From assembly GCA_041483895.1 (NCBI GenBank), contig JBGPGO010000001.1:64001-128000 (forward strand): a DNA stretch of 64,000 nt. Direction: 5' to 3'. The translations under genes were made by a program, and so were the position numbers. Within the stretch, counting starts at the first letter, position 1. The number at the start of each line of letters is the position of its first letter. The DNA is from Fimbriimonadia bacterium. Its GTDB lineage: Bacteria; Armatimonadota; Fimbriimonadia; Fimbriimonadales; JABRVX01. The notes beneath the pieces are model-generated. The model was given only the letters and a program-made list of their open reading frames with translations, ran no database searches and was not told the DNA's origin. Of this stretch, positions 1 through 9,845 are shown in pieces.

Positions 1-380
1 ATTTGGGCGTTTCCGCCGGCCCGATCCATCGGTTCACGGTAACGCTCGATTATCAGAGGATGCTGACGGGTTCGAATTACACTTCCGACCAGACCGGCTT
101 CAATTCCTACAATCAGAATCTCAACTCTTACTACCTTCGATTGGCCTACGATTTGGGGCCGCGTCAGCGAACATTTTTCGATGCTCGGTCCGGCAATACT
201 GTCGGCTACAGCGCCAGCGACGAAACGAGCTGGAGCGTCGGCTACGAATACGACATTATGAAATTCGTCTCGCTTGTTGGTGCGTATCGAGTGCGAAACC
301 TAAACAATCTCGACACGAATAATTCAGCGTACGGCTACAGTTCGCGATCATTCGACGTGGACCTCAGCTTCCACTTTTAG
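1..380 (+). CDS. Outer-membrane beta-barrel protein, C-terminal part (5' truncated by window)
   Basis: Alternating aromatic/hydrophobic beta-strand pattern (YYLRLAYDL, WSVGYEYDI, FDVDLSFHF) ending in a terminal Phe, as in BAM-type signals; frame is open at the window edge. Confidence 0.6.
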   Translation, partial: LGVSAGPIHRFTVTLDYQRMLTGSNYTSDQTGFNSYNQNLNSYYLRLAYDLGPRQRTFFDARSGNTVGYSASDETSWSVGYEYDIMKFVSLVGAYRVRNLNNLDTNNSAYGYSSRSFDVDLSFHF

Positions 381-870
381 GCAGCATCGCGGCCTTGCGA
401 TCGATCCCCTTTGTTGATGGCGGTGGTATCTTGGTATTCGTGGCCGATACCGCGACCGTCTTGCCCGTTGTAGGGGGCTGCGGCAGGAACTGCTTGCACG
501 CGGCGGCAAGGGTGTCCTCGAAGCTATCCCGCGAGAGCTGCATGCCGAGCTGCGCCGATTCCGCCACGAATTCGGTTCCACAGATCGAAGACCAGTGGCC
601 GTGAGCGATCAGCACGCGCCCCCAGCGGAGATCGATGGAATCGACCGGCTTGCCATCACAGGTCAGGCCGGAAAATCGGACGCAGGCAAATTTGCCATCT
701 TGCGTCAGCACCGCAATCTTGCCGGTCGATGCGTCGGGAGCGCCAAGCGTCAGAAATCGTTTCGTTTCCAGGTTGGCATTGGTGTGTTCTGGAGGCGCGG
801 AGCTGGTGGTCGCCGCCGCAAAGCTCCACACAGACACCGCCATAGCCGTAATCAGGTTTCGTATCGTCAT
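364..870 (-). CDS. Hypothetical secreted protein
   Basis: ATG at 870 preceded by GAGGTG; signal-peptide-like N-terminus MTIRNLITAMAVSVWSFAAA. Confidence 0.55.
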   Translation of the reverse strand: MTIRNLITAMAVSVWSFAAATTSSAPPEHTNANLETKRFLTLGAPDASTGKIAVLTQDGKFACVRFSGLTCDGKPVDSIDLRWGRVLIAHGHWSSICGTEFVAESAQLGMQLSRDSFEDTLAAACKQFLPQPPTTGKTVAVSATNTKIPPPSTKGIDRKAAMLPKSGS

Positions 871-992
871 CTCATCCACCTCTTGCGTGTAGCCTTCCAC
901 GTGGCGGATCGAACTGTGCCTGGTTGACAACTGGGGATTGAAATTAACGACATCAAAAGGTAGTTGAACCCAAGTACACTCTTTCCGTAAGC

Positions 993-2423
993 ATGAAACG
1001 AACTGTGATCGTGATTGCCCTCATCGTTGTCCTGGCAGGCATCGCGGGGTATGAATATTGGCTTCGGACGGCAAAACCTACCCCCGTCGATGTAGCGGTG
1101 GTCCGGCGGGGAACCATCTCGGTCTCCTTCACAGCTGATGCTATCGTGAAGGTCCCGTCCGTTGACGTTTCGACCAAGGTGATGGGACGGCTGACGCTTC
1201 TTTCGGCTCGGGAGGGCGCAACTGTGCGTCGAGGCCAGGTTCTCGCCCGAATCGACAGCGAAGAGATGCAGGCGGCGGTCGCCCAGTCCCGCGCGGCCGT
1301 GACAACCGCACTGGCTGCGGTTCGGCAGACCGAAGCGGCCCTTTCGGCCGCCAGAAAGCAGTTTGCGGCCAGCCGATCGCGCGCCGAAGCTGAGCTTGCC
1401 GGGGCGGAAGCGGACCTGCAGCGCGTCTTGAGAGGCCCACGTACGCAGGAAATCGCGCAAGCCAAGGAGCAGGTCACTGTGGCCCAAGCCCGTTGCGATG
1501 GCGCTACGCTGGAACTGGGACGAGCAAGGGAGCTGTACGCGGCGGATGCCATCCCGAAAGCCAGATTGGATGAGGCTGAAGAAGCATTCCGGCAGGCCCA
1601 GGCGCAGTTGAATGCCGCGATCAAGGCTCTCGAACTTCTCCAGGCCGGAGCGACCGAAGAGGAAAAGGCCGTGGCACGGGCCCGCGTCGATGCTGCCAAG
1701 GCCGGGATCGAATCCCTTGCCGCTCTGCGGGAGGAGATTACGGGACGCGAGGCGGGCGTAGTGGCCGCAAAATCGCAAGTTGCGCAGGCTCAGGCTGCGT
1801 TGGCGCAATCCGAATCAGCATTGTCCTCCAGCGTTATCGTATCGCCCGTTGACGGCACGATCAGCCGCGTGCCTGTCGAACGTGGAGAGATCGTGTCGCC
1901 GCAGACCACGCTCGTTACCATCGTGACAAACGAAAGGCAATGGGTGGAGGCAGACGTATCGGATGAGGACGCCGCAAAAGTTAGGATCAGGCAGGTCGTA
2001 TCGGTGACGAGCCCGGGAACGCCGGGAAGAAAATTTGCCGGCACGGTCTTCGAAATTTCCCCGCAGGGAGAGCTGAAAGAAGAGGCCACGCTGCGAACGC
2101 GGATCGTCCGCGTCAAAGTTCGACTTGCCGATGGGGTTGTCTTGAAACCCGGCCTGGCGGTCGATGTCGAGGGACGCAACGATATGGCGACAGACGCGGT
2201 CCTAATCCCCAGCGATGCGATGATCTTCAAAGACAAGCGCAACATGGTGTTTCTCGTCGTCGATGGCAAAGCTGTGGAGCGGGAGATACGGACCGGATAC
2301 TTCACTCACGATCGCACAGAGGTGTTGTCTGGATTGCGGGCTGGTGACAGGGTCATTGTGGCCGGCAAGGATCAGGTTTCGGACGGTCATCTGATAGTGG
2401 TACGGCGCGAGGTCACTTACTAG
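993..2423 (+). CDS. Efflux periplasmic adaptor (HlyD/MacA-type membrane fusion protein)
   Basis: N-terminal TM, lipoyl half-motifs (EGATVRRGQVLARID; IVSPVDGTIS), long coiled coil, C-terminal TEVLSGLRAGDRVIV. Confidence 0.9.
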   Translation: MKRTVIVIALIVVLAGIAGYEYWLRTAKPTPVDVAVVRRGTISVSFTADAIVKVPSVDVSTKVMGRLTLLSAREGATVRRGQVLARIDSEEMQAAVAQSRAAVTTALAAVRQTEAALSAARKQFAASRSRAEAELAGAEADLQRVLRGPRTQEIAQAKEQVTVAQARCDGATLELGRARELYAADAIPKARLDEAEEAFRQAQAQLNAAIKALELLQAGATEEEKAVARARVDAAKAGIESLAALREEITGREAGVVAAKSQVAQAQAALAQSESALSSSVIVSPVDGTISRVPVERGEIVSPQTTLVTIVTNERQWVEADVSDEDAAKVRIRQVVSVTSPGTPGRKFAGTVFEISPQGELKEEATLRTRIVRVKVRLADGVVLKPGLAVDVEGRNDMATDAVLIPSDAMIFKDKRNMVFLVVDGKAVEREIRTGYFTHDRTEVLSGLRAGDRVIVAGKDQVSDGHLIVVRREVTY

Positions 2424-2426
2424 CCG

Positions 2427-3134
2427 ATGGCTCAGCCGATCGTTCGTTTGGATCAAGTGACAAAGTCCTACCGGATGGGCGCTGTAGTTGTACACGCACT
2501 GCATGATGTGAATTTTGAGGTCGATGCCGGCGAATTCGTGGTGATTTTAGGACCGAGCGGATGCGGCAAGACCACACTGCTCAACCTGATCGGGGGAATG
2601 GACAGTCCCACGTCGGGCCATGTCGTCGTAGATGGCATCGACATTGCCTCCTATACCGACGCCGAGCTGACCAGATTTCGAAGGGAGAAGATCGGTTTCG
2701 TATTTCAGTTTTTCAACTTGGTTCCCACACTTTCGGCGCGAGAAAATGTCGAGCTGGCGGGGGAGCTTGTGCTTCACCCTCGGAGTTCCGAACAGGTTTT
2801 GGATGCGGTCGGCCTGGAGGATCGTGCCACCCACTTCCCTGGTGAGTTGAGCGGCGGGGAACAGCAGAGAGTCGCAATCGCCCGGGCAATGGTGAAGAAT
2901 CCCGCGATCCTCTTGTGCGATGAGCCCACTGGGGGACTAGACTCGGAGACAGGCCGACGCATACTGTCCGTCTTGCACGAGATTAGCAAGGCAGAAGGCC
3001 GAACAGTGCTGCTCGTTACCCACAACACCGTGCTCGCGCAAATGGCGGATCAGGTCGTCCAAATGCAAAACGGCCGCCTCAGCGCCAGCGAACACAACGC
3101 CGCGCCAATGGACCCGGACGAGCTTCGGTGGTGA
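2427..3134 (+). CDS. ABC transporter ATP-binding protein (LolD/MacB-type)
   Basis: Walker A GPSGCGKT, LSGGEQQRVAIARA signature, LLCDEPT, VTHN. Confidence 0.95.
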   Translation: MAQPIVRLDQVTKSYRMGAVVVHALHDVNFEVDAGEFVVILGPSGCGKTTLLNLIGGMDSPTSGHVVVDGIDIASYTDAELTRFRREKIGFVFQFFNLVPTLSARENVELAGELVLHPRSSEQVLDAVGLEDRATHFPGELSGGEQQRVAIARAMVKNPAILLCDEPTGGLDSETGRRILSVLHEISKAEGRTVLLVTHNTVLAQMADQVVQMQNGRLSASEHNAAPMDPDELRW

Positions 3135-3135
3135 T

Positions 3136-5547
3136 ATGTCCGCGCTGACACGAAAGCTGATCCGGGACATGGGGCGCACCGGTTGGCAATATCTTTCCGT
3201 CACATTGCTTGTCGTCATCGGCGTGGCCTGGTTCGGGACGGCATACATGTCCTACAAGAACCTGGAACTATCCTATCAGGGCTCTTATGATCGCTTGCAT
3301 TTCGAAGACATGGGTGTTTGGTTTCACGCGGGTCCGAAGCGGATCGCGGACCGGATGCGGGCGATCCCTGGAGTCTCAGCGGTAGAGGGTCGATTGGTCG
3401 AGGATGTCGCAATCGAGTTGCCGGGACCGAGGACGCGCAAAATGGTCGGCCACATGATCTCGATTCCCATGGTTCGGGATGTTACGGTAAATCAGCTCCA
3501 AATCGTATCCGGCCGCATGCCGAGACACCGCACGGCCCGAGAAGTCCTTCTTCAGCACGCCTTCGCCGACTACCACAAGTTAGAGCCCGGCGACACCCTT
3601 GAAGTCAATCGGATGGGCACGAAGATTCGCTTCGCGATTGCGGGGATTGTCAAGAGCCCGGAGTACATCTATGTGGTCCAAAGCAAGCAGCAGATCTTCC
3701 CGATGCCCGACACATTCGGCGTCATGTTTGTTTCGGAAGACGTGCTCGGGCCGCTCGTCGGCAAGTCCGGACTTATCAACGAGATCAGGCTGACGATCAG
3801 CGAAAAAGCGAAAACCGATCTGATCCGGCAAGAGGTCAAGCAGATCTTGCGGCCCTACCGGTCCGAAGAACCGGTCTTGCGGAAGGACCAGCCAAGTCAT
3901 CAACTTCTGCAACAGGATCTGCAGGGATTTCAAGTGTATGCGTTTGCGTTTCCGATCCTGTTTCTCAGCGTGGCCGGCGTGACTATCTACACATTGTTGC
4001 TTCGGCTCATTCACATGCAGCGCGGCAACATTGGGCTTCTGCGCGCTCTCGGGTATACAACTGGCCAGGTGGTTCGCCACTACCTGGGTCCCTCGCTGAT
4101 TGTTGGAATCGTCGGCGGTCTGCTCGGCGATTGGCTGGGATTGGCGCTTGCCGCTTGGATGACTCATTTCTATCTTTCCTATATCGCCGTGCCGTTCATG
4201 GTGGTTAGGCCCCATCCGTCGATCCTGATCGCAGGCTTTTTGGTCGGTCTCATCTCGTGTTTGGTCGCAGCTTGGTTGCCCGCGCGGGAAGCCGCTCGGA
4301 TGGGGCCTGCTGAAGCGCTTCGTCCGCCGGCGCCGGAATTCGGCCGGGCAATACCACTCGATCGTATCGTGCCGGGCTTTGGCCAAATGCGCCTGCTATG
4401 GCGAATCCCGTTTCGCAATCTGTTCCGGCATCCCCGGCGAACCGTTTCCACGCTGGTCGGGATCGCTATGTCGGTTGCGTTGGTTGTCCTTGCCCGCGGA
4501 TTGTTGGATTCGTTTGATGTCGCGCTCAACAGGATTTATCGCGAGGCGATGGAGTCCGACATGACCGTCAGCTTTTTTGAATATCAAAGCGCCGGAGTTG
4601 CCGCCAGGGTCCGCGCTTGGCCGGGCGTGTCTTGGACGGAACCGTTCTTGCATGTGCCCGTAGACTTCCGCAAAGGCGATAAGTCCTATTCAGCGTTGCT
4701 GACGGGAATGATGCGTGGCAGCCGCCTATACCGGTTGAAGGACGAAGACGGCATTCGTGTTCAGGTCCCGGAGGACGGCATCGTGGTCGGGCAGATCATA
4801 CGGCGACGGTTGGACCTTCACGTTGGCGATACCGTTCAGTTTTCCATCCCGAGCCGGAAAGCGGACGAAACGCCTCGCATGCATAGTGCCCGAATCGCCG
4901 GTTTCGTCTGGGAACCGATGGGCACAGTCGCCTACGCGCGCATCGAGCGGGTTCGGCAGTGGTTCCGCGAAGACCTCGAACTGCCTCCGTCTGCCATCAA
5001 CGATCTGCGCCTGCGCGCGGATCCAAGCTACCAAGACCTGCTGAAGAGTTGGTTGCTCGATCTGCCAAGGGCGGGCGCCGTGGAGGTCATGAGTGATGTT
5101 TGGAAGATGCTTCGCGACATGACGGCGCTGACCCGAAATTTCGTCAACATCATGTTGGCGTGCGCAGCCACCATCGCTTTTTGCATCGTTTTTACAATGG
5201 TGACCGTCAACGTGCTGGAGCGGCGCAATGAAATCGCCACGTTGAGGACGTTGGGCGTCAGCCGAGGAGAGATTACGGGAATGCTGGTGCTGGAGAACCT
5301 CATGAGCGCCACTATCGGCTGCATTGTTGGATTGCCGGTTGGCAGGGCGCTGATCGAAGGACTGATCCACGCGTCGACGACGCAGGAGCAAGCGGAGATG
5401 TTCTCGTTCCAGGTCGCCATCTATCCAACTACGTACATCTTTGCGGCTCTCACTATTTTGGCCGTGGCGATGGTGTCTCAAATCCCCGCATTGCAATCCA
5501 TACAACGAGTGAATTTGGCGCAGGCGACAAAGGAACGGGCTACCTAG
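3136..5547 (+). CDS. ABC transporter permease with two FtsX/MacB repeats
   Basis: Two FtsX-type segments (QRGNIGLLRALGY; ERRNEIATLRTLG), large periplasmic domains, in an operon with the ATPase and adaptor. Confidence 0.9.
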   Translation: MSALTRKLIRDMGRTGWQYLSVTLLVVIGVAWFGTAYMSYKNLELSYQGSYDRLHFEDMGVWFHAGPKRIADRMRAIPGVSAVEGRLVEDVAIELPGPRTRKMVGHMISIPMVRDVTVNQLQIVSGRMPRHRTAREVLLQHAFADYHKLEPGDTLEVNRMGTKIRFAIAGIVKSPEYIYVVQSKQQIFPMPDTFGVMFVSEDVLGPLVGKSGLINEIRLTISEKAKTDLIRQEVKQILRPYRSEEPVLRKDQPSHQLLQQDLQGFQVYAFAFPILFLSVAGVTIYTLLLRLIHMQRGNIGLLRALGYTTGQVVRHYLGPSLIVGIVGGLLGDWLGLALAAWMTHFYLSYIAVPFMVVRPHPSILIAGFLVGLISCLVAAWLPAREAARMGPAEALRPPAPEFGRAIPLDRIVPGFGQMRLLWRIPFRNLFRHPRRTVSTLVGIAMSVALVVLARGLLDSFDVALNRIYREAMESDMTVSFFEYQSAGVAARVRAWPGVSWTEPFLHVPVDFRKGDKSYSALLTGMMRGSRLYRLKDEDGIRVQVPEDGIVVGQIIRRRLDLHVGDTVQFSIPSRKADETPRMHSARIAGFVWEPMGTVAYARIERVRQWFREDLELPPSAINDLRLRADPSYQDLLKSWLLDLPRAGAVEVMSDVWKMLRDMTALTRNFVNIMLACAATIAFCIVFTMVTVNVLERRNEIATLRTLGVSRGEITGMLVLENLMSATIGCIVGLPVGRALIEGLIHASTTQEQAEMFSFQVAIYPTTYIFAALTILAVAMVSQIPALQSIQRVNLAQATKERAT

Positions 5548-6613
5548 CGCGGCGGCGGCGACGGCGGGCGAGGACGAACGCGATGACCTCAGCAACGGCC
5601 GCGTAGAGCTTCTCCGGCACCATGTCCCCAACCTCGCAAAGTTTGTAGAGGGATTTGGCTAAAGGAGGGTTTTGGACGATGGGGACGCGCCATATCTCCG
5701 CCTCCTGCCGAATCCGTTGCGCCATCAGGTCCTGGCCCTTGGCGACTACTTGCGGGGCCGACATCTTGTCGTTGTCATATTTAAGGGCGATTGCGAAGTG
5801 CGTTGGGTTCGTGACAATTGCGTCGGCAGTTTTGACGGCGGACATCATGCGCTGACGGGCGAGCTGGGCGCGCCTGCGTGCCAATGCCATGCGGATCTCC
5901 GGCCCCTGCTCCGATTCCTTCATCTCGCGCTTGACCTCTTCCTTGCTCATTTTAAGCTGCTTTTCCACCTGGTGCTTTTGAAAGATGTAGTCCATGATCG
6001 CGATCACAAACCACACGACACCCACGCGGACCATGATGCTGGTAATCAGACCTCCCACCACGGAGATCGCGGCAACTGTCTCCAGCGTCCCGATTCCCTG
6101 AATCACATCCGCACGGTCTCGAATCGTCACGAAGGCGATGTAGCCGATCAGAAAGGTCTTGAGCGACGCCTTGACCGCCTCTACCACCGCGCGGCTGCTA
6201 AGGAGCCGCTTCGATCCCTGCAACGGATCGATCCGGGATAGCTGCGGCTGCAATACCTCGATCGATGGAGCAAAGCCGACTTGCAGGAAGTTGATCACCA
6301 GTCCAATGACCACTCCCACGAATAGCAACGGGAGCATCGCCCAGCCAACCGGGATCAGCTCGCGGACCAGATGCGTCAGCAGGTCGTTGATAGAGAGCGT
6401 TCCTGTGCCGGCGGAGCCGAACGCGGTGCGCGTATAGGTCATCAGAGCGAGCACGAGCGGCAGGCCGATTGCGGGAAACAGGAGCACGAACGCCAAGAAG
6501 CTGACGGACGCGGAAAGGTCCGGCGTGCGCGCTACGGTGCCCTTCTTGCGTGCGTCCCTGCGCCTCTTTGGGGTCGCATCCTCGGTCCGTTCCCCGGCGG
6601 TCTCCTCCGGCAT
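5540..6613 (-). CDS. flhB: Flagellar export substrate-specificity switch FlhB
   Basis: ERTEDATPKRRRDARKKG N-terminus, NPTH autocleavage motif, APQVVAKG. Confidence 0.97.
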   Translation of the reverse strand: MPEETAGERTEDATPKRRRDARKKGTVARTPDLSASVSFLAFVLLFPAIGLPLVLALMTYTRTAFGSAGTGTLSINDLLTHLVRELIPVGWAMLPLLFVGVVIGLVINFLQVGFAPSIEVLQPQLSRIDPLQGSKRLLSSRAVVEAVKASLKTFLIGYIAFVTIRDRADVIQGIGTLETVAAISVVGGLITSIMVRVGVVWFVIAIMDYIFQKHQVEKQLKMSKEEVKREMKESEQGPEIRMALARRRAQLARQRMMSAVKTADAIVTNPTHFAIALKYDNDKMSAPQVVAKGQDLMAQRIRQEAEIWRVPIVQNPPLAKSLYKLCEVGDMVPEKLYAAVAEVIAFVLARRRRRRAR

Positions 6614-6616
6614 CTC

Positions 6617-7375
6617 TTACCCTCCCTTCACGAATGTCAGCACGGCGTTGCTGCTGATCTCCAGACTCATACGAACGCCCCACAACAGGACGGGCAGACC
6701 GATGATCACTCCCATCAAGCCGAAAACGATTTTCACCGGAAAGCCGACGACAAGGACGTGCATCTGGGGCACCGCGCGGGCGACCGCCGCCAATCCGGCG
6801 TCGGTGATGAATGCTACCGCTGCGGCGGGAGCGGCAATCTGCATTGCCAGTATCATCAGCTTGATCGTTACCTCAACCACCATCGTCTTCATTCCCGGAA
6901 GGGTCGCCATGCCGATCGCGGGCGATAGCTGGTAGCTCGCGACGAGGGCCTTGAATGCCACGTGATGACCATTGATCACAAGGAACAGGACCATGGCGAC
7001 ATAGCCCTTGAACTGCGCCATGATCGATACAGGAAAACCGGTCGGATTCAAGAGCCGCATGATGCCAAAACCGATTTGCGTGTCGATGAAATGTCCCGCA
7101 GTCTGCGTTGAGATCACCACCGCCTGCAAAAGCGAACCGATGACGATGCCGATCACAGCCTCCCGCGTCAGGGCCGCCACCAACCCGAACAGCGTCTCCG
7201 GCGGCACCCCAACCTTGGACTGTATCACGGGGGCAAGCGCAAGCGCCGTCGTCAGCGACATCCAGACTCGGACGCGCGACGGAATGCCGAAACCGCCCAT
7301 CACAGGAGACGCGAGAACCAGGGCCCCCGTTCGGACGGTCAGCAAGAGAAACGCATATCCGAAGGCCGCCGTCAT
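6617..7375 (-). CDS. fliR: Flagellar export gate protein FliR
   Basis: Multi-TM, AGHFIDTQIGF, ARAVPQMHVLVVGFPVKI; lies between fliQ and flhB. Confidence 0.93.
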   Translation of the reverse strand: MTAAFGYAFLLLTVRTGALVLASPVMGGFGIPSRVRVWMSLTTALALAPVIQSKVGVPPETLFGLVAALTREAVIGIVIGSLLQAVVISTQTAGHFIDTQIGFGIMRLLNPTGFPVSIMAQFKGYVAMVLFLVINGHHVAFKALVASYQLSPAIGMATLPGMKTMVVEVTIKLMILAMQIAAPAAAVAFITDAGLAAVARAVPQMHVLVVGFPVKIVFGLMGVIIGLPVLLWGVRMSLEISSNAVLTFVKGG

Positions 7376-7641
7376 TTAGTCAGCTGAGTTACCTGCGTAA
7401 ATGTGTCTTTGGTGAAAAAGACGGCTTTGGACAGCATCCAGTGGCCGAAAACGGCCAGCACGGCAACCGCGGCCAACATTTTCGGAACATAAGACAAGGT
7501 GACCTCTTGGACCTGAGTGACAGCTTGGAAAACGCTCACTGCGACGCCGATCACCAACCCCGCGATCAGAATTGGGAGACTGAGCATGAGCGCGGTGAGT
7601 AGGGCGTCGCGCCCGATCTGCAAAACATTCGCTTCCGTCAT
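7372..7641 (-). CDS. fliQ: Flagellar export gate protein FliQ
   Basis: VSVFQAVTQVQEVTLSYVPK; start moved to ATG 7641 (MTEANV), which has an upstream GGAGG and overlaps the fliP stop. Confidence 0.95.
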   Translation of the reverse strand: MTEANVLQIGRDALLTALMLSLPILIAGLVIGVAVSVFQAVTQVQEVTLSYVPKMLAAVAVLAVFGHWMLSKAVFFTKDTFTQVTQLTK

Positions 7642-8396
7642 CGAAAACCTCCAACCAGGGTTTGAATTAAGATCGCCCACCCATCGGCTAGTATAAATAC
7701 CAATATCTTCGCGGGCAGGGACACGACAGTAGGGGGCATCATCATCATGCCCATGCTCATCAGGGTGCTCGCCACCACCAAGTCAACAACCAGGAAGGGG
7801 ACGTAAATGTAAAACCCGATCATAAAGGCGGTTTTCATCTCGCTGATGATGAAGGCGGGGATAAGGGTGAGAATCGAAAGCTCGTCCTTCGTTTTTGGCG
7901 GCGGCTCATTTCTCAGACCGAGGAACAGCTTGAGGTCCGTCGTGTAGGTCTGGCGCAGCATGAAGTCCTTCATCGGCGCTTGCGCGCGTTTGAAGCCCTC
8001 CTCGAACGATATCTTTTTGGCGAAGTAGGGTTCCAGAGCTTCCTTGTGAATGCGGTCGAACGTCGGTGCCATGATGAACGTCGTGAGGAACAAGCTCAGG
8101 CCGACAAGAAGCTGATTGGGCGGAATGTTCTGCGTACCGAGCGCCGTGCGGAGGAAGCTGAGGACGATGATGATTCGGGAGAACGCCGTCGTCATGATCA
8201 GCAACGCGGGCGCGACGGAGAGAACGGTGAGCAGGACGAGGATTTGGAGGGAGGCCGAGATCTGGTCCGGATCCTTGGCTTTGTCGATTCCGATGGTGAT
8301 CTTTGGCAAGCTAACGTCCTGCGCGCCCGCCGCTGCTGTCAGCAACAGGAACGCGAGGATCATGATCCAGGTTATGGTCTTGCCGTTCAGACGCAA
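7638..8396 (-). CDS. fliP: Flagellar export gate protein FliP
   Basis: FSRIIIVLSFLRTALGTQNIPPNQ, LIPAFIISEMKTAF, MGMMMMPP, DGW; start uncertain (TTG 8396 chosen). Confidence 0.96.
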   Translation of the reverse strand: MRLNGKTITWIMILAFLLLTAAAGAQDVSLPKITIGIDKAKDPDQISASLQILVLLTVLSVAPALLIMTTAFSRIIIVLSFLRTALGTQNIPPNQLLVGLSLFLTTFIMAPTFDRIHKEALEPYFAKKISFEEGFKRAQAPMKDFMLRQTYTTDLKLFLGLRNEPPPKTKDELSILTLIPAFIISEMKTAFMIGFYIYVPFLVVDLVVASTLMSMGMMMMPPTVVSLPAKILVFILADGWAILIQTLVGGFR

Positions 8397-8401
8397 GAAA
8401 A

Positions 8402-8439
8402 CCCCCACCCTAACCTTCCCCCGCAAGCGGGGGAGGGGA
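8402..8439. repeat. Palindromic REP-like element (CCCCCACCCTAACCTTCCCCCGCAAGCGGGGGAGGGGA)
   Basis: Hairpin CTTCCCCCGC-AA-GCGGGGGAGG preceded by CCCCACCCTAAC; resembles the widespread CCCTCACCCTAACCCTCTCCC...GGGAGAGGG intergenic repeats; one copy in this window. Confidence 0.6.
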
Positions 8440-8466
8440 TTTGAGGACGTGTTTGATTCGTTAGTT

Positions 8467-8925
8467 TCATGCGATCAGATTGTCCAGCCGAGCCGCGGCG
8501 GCAGCGACCCGATGGCGCAGGTCGCCCGAATCCGGGGATGCGCTTTGTAGATGATCCGCAAACGCCGCGGTCGGCTCCTCCGTAAGTTCGGCGATAAGGG
8601 TCGCGCCGCTCGGGTTTGCGGAAACCAGGAAACGCCTGCCTTCCGCTTCAACGATCTGAAAGATTCCTGCGGTCTCGACGACGCGAAGCGATGCCGATGA
8701 GCCGGTGCGGATTCTTGGTTTCGATTTGAGCCACTTCGGCAAGAGCCACTTCACTGCCGATCCCACCAATATCGTCGCGCCCGCCATCTGCAGGAGATTG
8801 GTCCAGTCCGGATCGCTCTGGACCGGCTTGCCCACCGGGTCTGCCTTGGTGCCATCGAGCACGCTCCCCTGGGACCAACCGCAGACCGCCATCCCCATCG
8901 CGGCAAGGAGGATCCAAAGTCTCAA
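8467..8925 (-). CDS. fliO: Flagellar protein FliO/FliZ
   Basis: Signal/TM plus LRVVET...QIVEAEGRRFLVS...TLIAEL core; lies between fliN and fliP. Confidence 0.75.
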   Translation of the reverse strand: MRLWILLAAMGMAVCGWSQGSVLDGTKADPVGKPVQSDPDWTNLLQMAGATILVGSAVKWLLPKWLKSKPRIRTGSSASLRVVETAGIFQIVEAEGRRFLVSANPSGATLIAELTEEPTAAFADHLQSASPDSGDLRHRVAAAAARLDNLIA

Positions 8926-9845
8926 TCGCGCTCTCCCAGTTTCTTCAGGCGCTCGATCGGCGTTAGAATCTCCGTGACGCGAATCCCAAAGTTGTCTTCG
9001 ATCACGACGACTTCGCCACGGGCCACGACGCGGCCGTTCACCAAGACATCGACCGGCTCGCCGGCGGCCCGATCCAATTCGACAATGGAACCCGCGCCCA
9101 GATCGACAACCTCCTTGACCTGCATGCGCACGCGGCCCAGCTCGACGCTGATATCGAGGGGAATGTCCAGAAGTATTTCTAGGCTCGGGTCGATTCCGGG
9201 CGCCATCTCCGGCTGGAGCGCGGAGCTTCCGTCCGTCGGATAGTTGGTGGAACCGCCGGAAAAGGTCTCAAACAGAACATCATCTTCGTCCGAATCTTGG
9301 GCGCCAATGATATCGTTGAGATTGACCGCATCGAACAGCCAAATAATCGTTCCTTCCGCGTCTCCAAGCTTCCATTTCGCCTCCGCCCGGACAACCGCTT
9401 CGGCATTCCGGAGGTTTTCCGGATAGTTGTACATCGCGTGGCGAACGGTCGTTCCGCTCGCGATATACGGCTGGTGCCGCAGGTTGCTGATCCCAACGCA
9501 AAGGCCTTGCACAATCGATTCGAACTGACCCCGAAGCTGGCCCAGCAATTCATCGTCCAGTGATTCGACCTCCCGATCTAGCAGGCTGGAGGCCAAATCC
9601 AAGGCGGCATCGGCCGGAATCAAGACCGACTGCGTATGATCCGGCGCGCTGGCAAAGTGGAATTGGATGACAATCCCCTGAATCGCCAGCAGGCCGTACA
9701 TCTCCTCGGGATTTCCGAAGGTGATAACCGGTTCGCTGATGGCAAACGCCTGGCCGAACGCCTCGGTGACAGTTATCCCGACCGTCTGCCAGATGGTCTG
9801 CTGCTGCGCCTCTATCTTCTCGACTTGTGTTGCAATGCTTGGCAC
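8922..9845 (-). CDS. fliN: Flagellar motor switch FliN with N-terminal CheC-like domain (FliY-like)
   Basis: C-terminal SpoA domain LLDIPLDISVELGR...GSIVELDRAAGEPVDVLVNG...FGIRVTEI; ~210-aa N-terminal extension. Confidence 0.9.
   Translation of the reverse strand: MPSIATQVEKIEAQQQTIWQTVGITVTEAFGQAFAISEPVITFGNPEEMYGLLAIQGIVIQFHFASAPDHTQSVLIPADAALDLASSLLDREVESLDDELLGQLRGQFESIVQGLCVGISNLRHQPYIASGTTVRHAMYNYPENLRNAEAVVRAEAKWKLGDAEGTIIWLFDAVNLNDIIGAQDSDEDDVLFETFSGGSTNYPTDGSSALQPEMAPGIDPSLEILLDIPLDISVELGRVRMQVKEVVDLGAGSIVELDRAAGEPVDVLVNGRVVARGEVVVIEDNFGIRVTEILTPIERLKKLGERD

Noticed and set aside
867..1808. Long antisense ORFs (also 4726-5631, 31912-32940, 32962-33867, 33429-34403, 54810-56066, 60528-61562)
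   Set aside because: They are shadows of well-supported genes on the opposite strand in GC-rich DNA, with no recognisable motifs.
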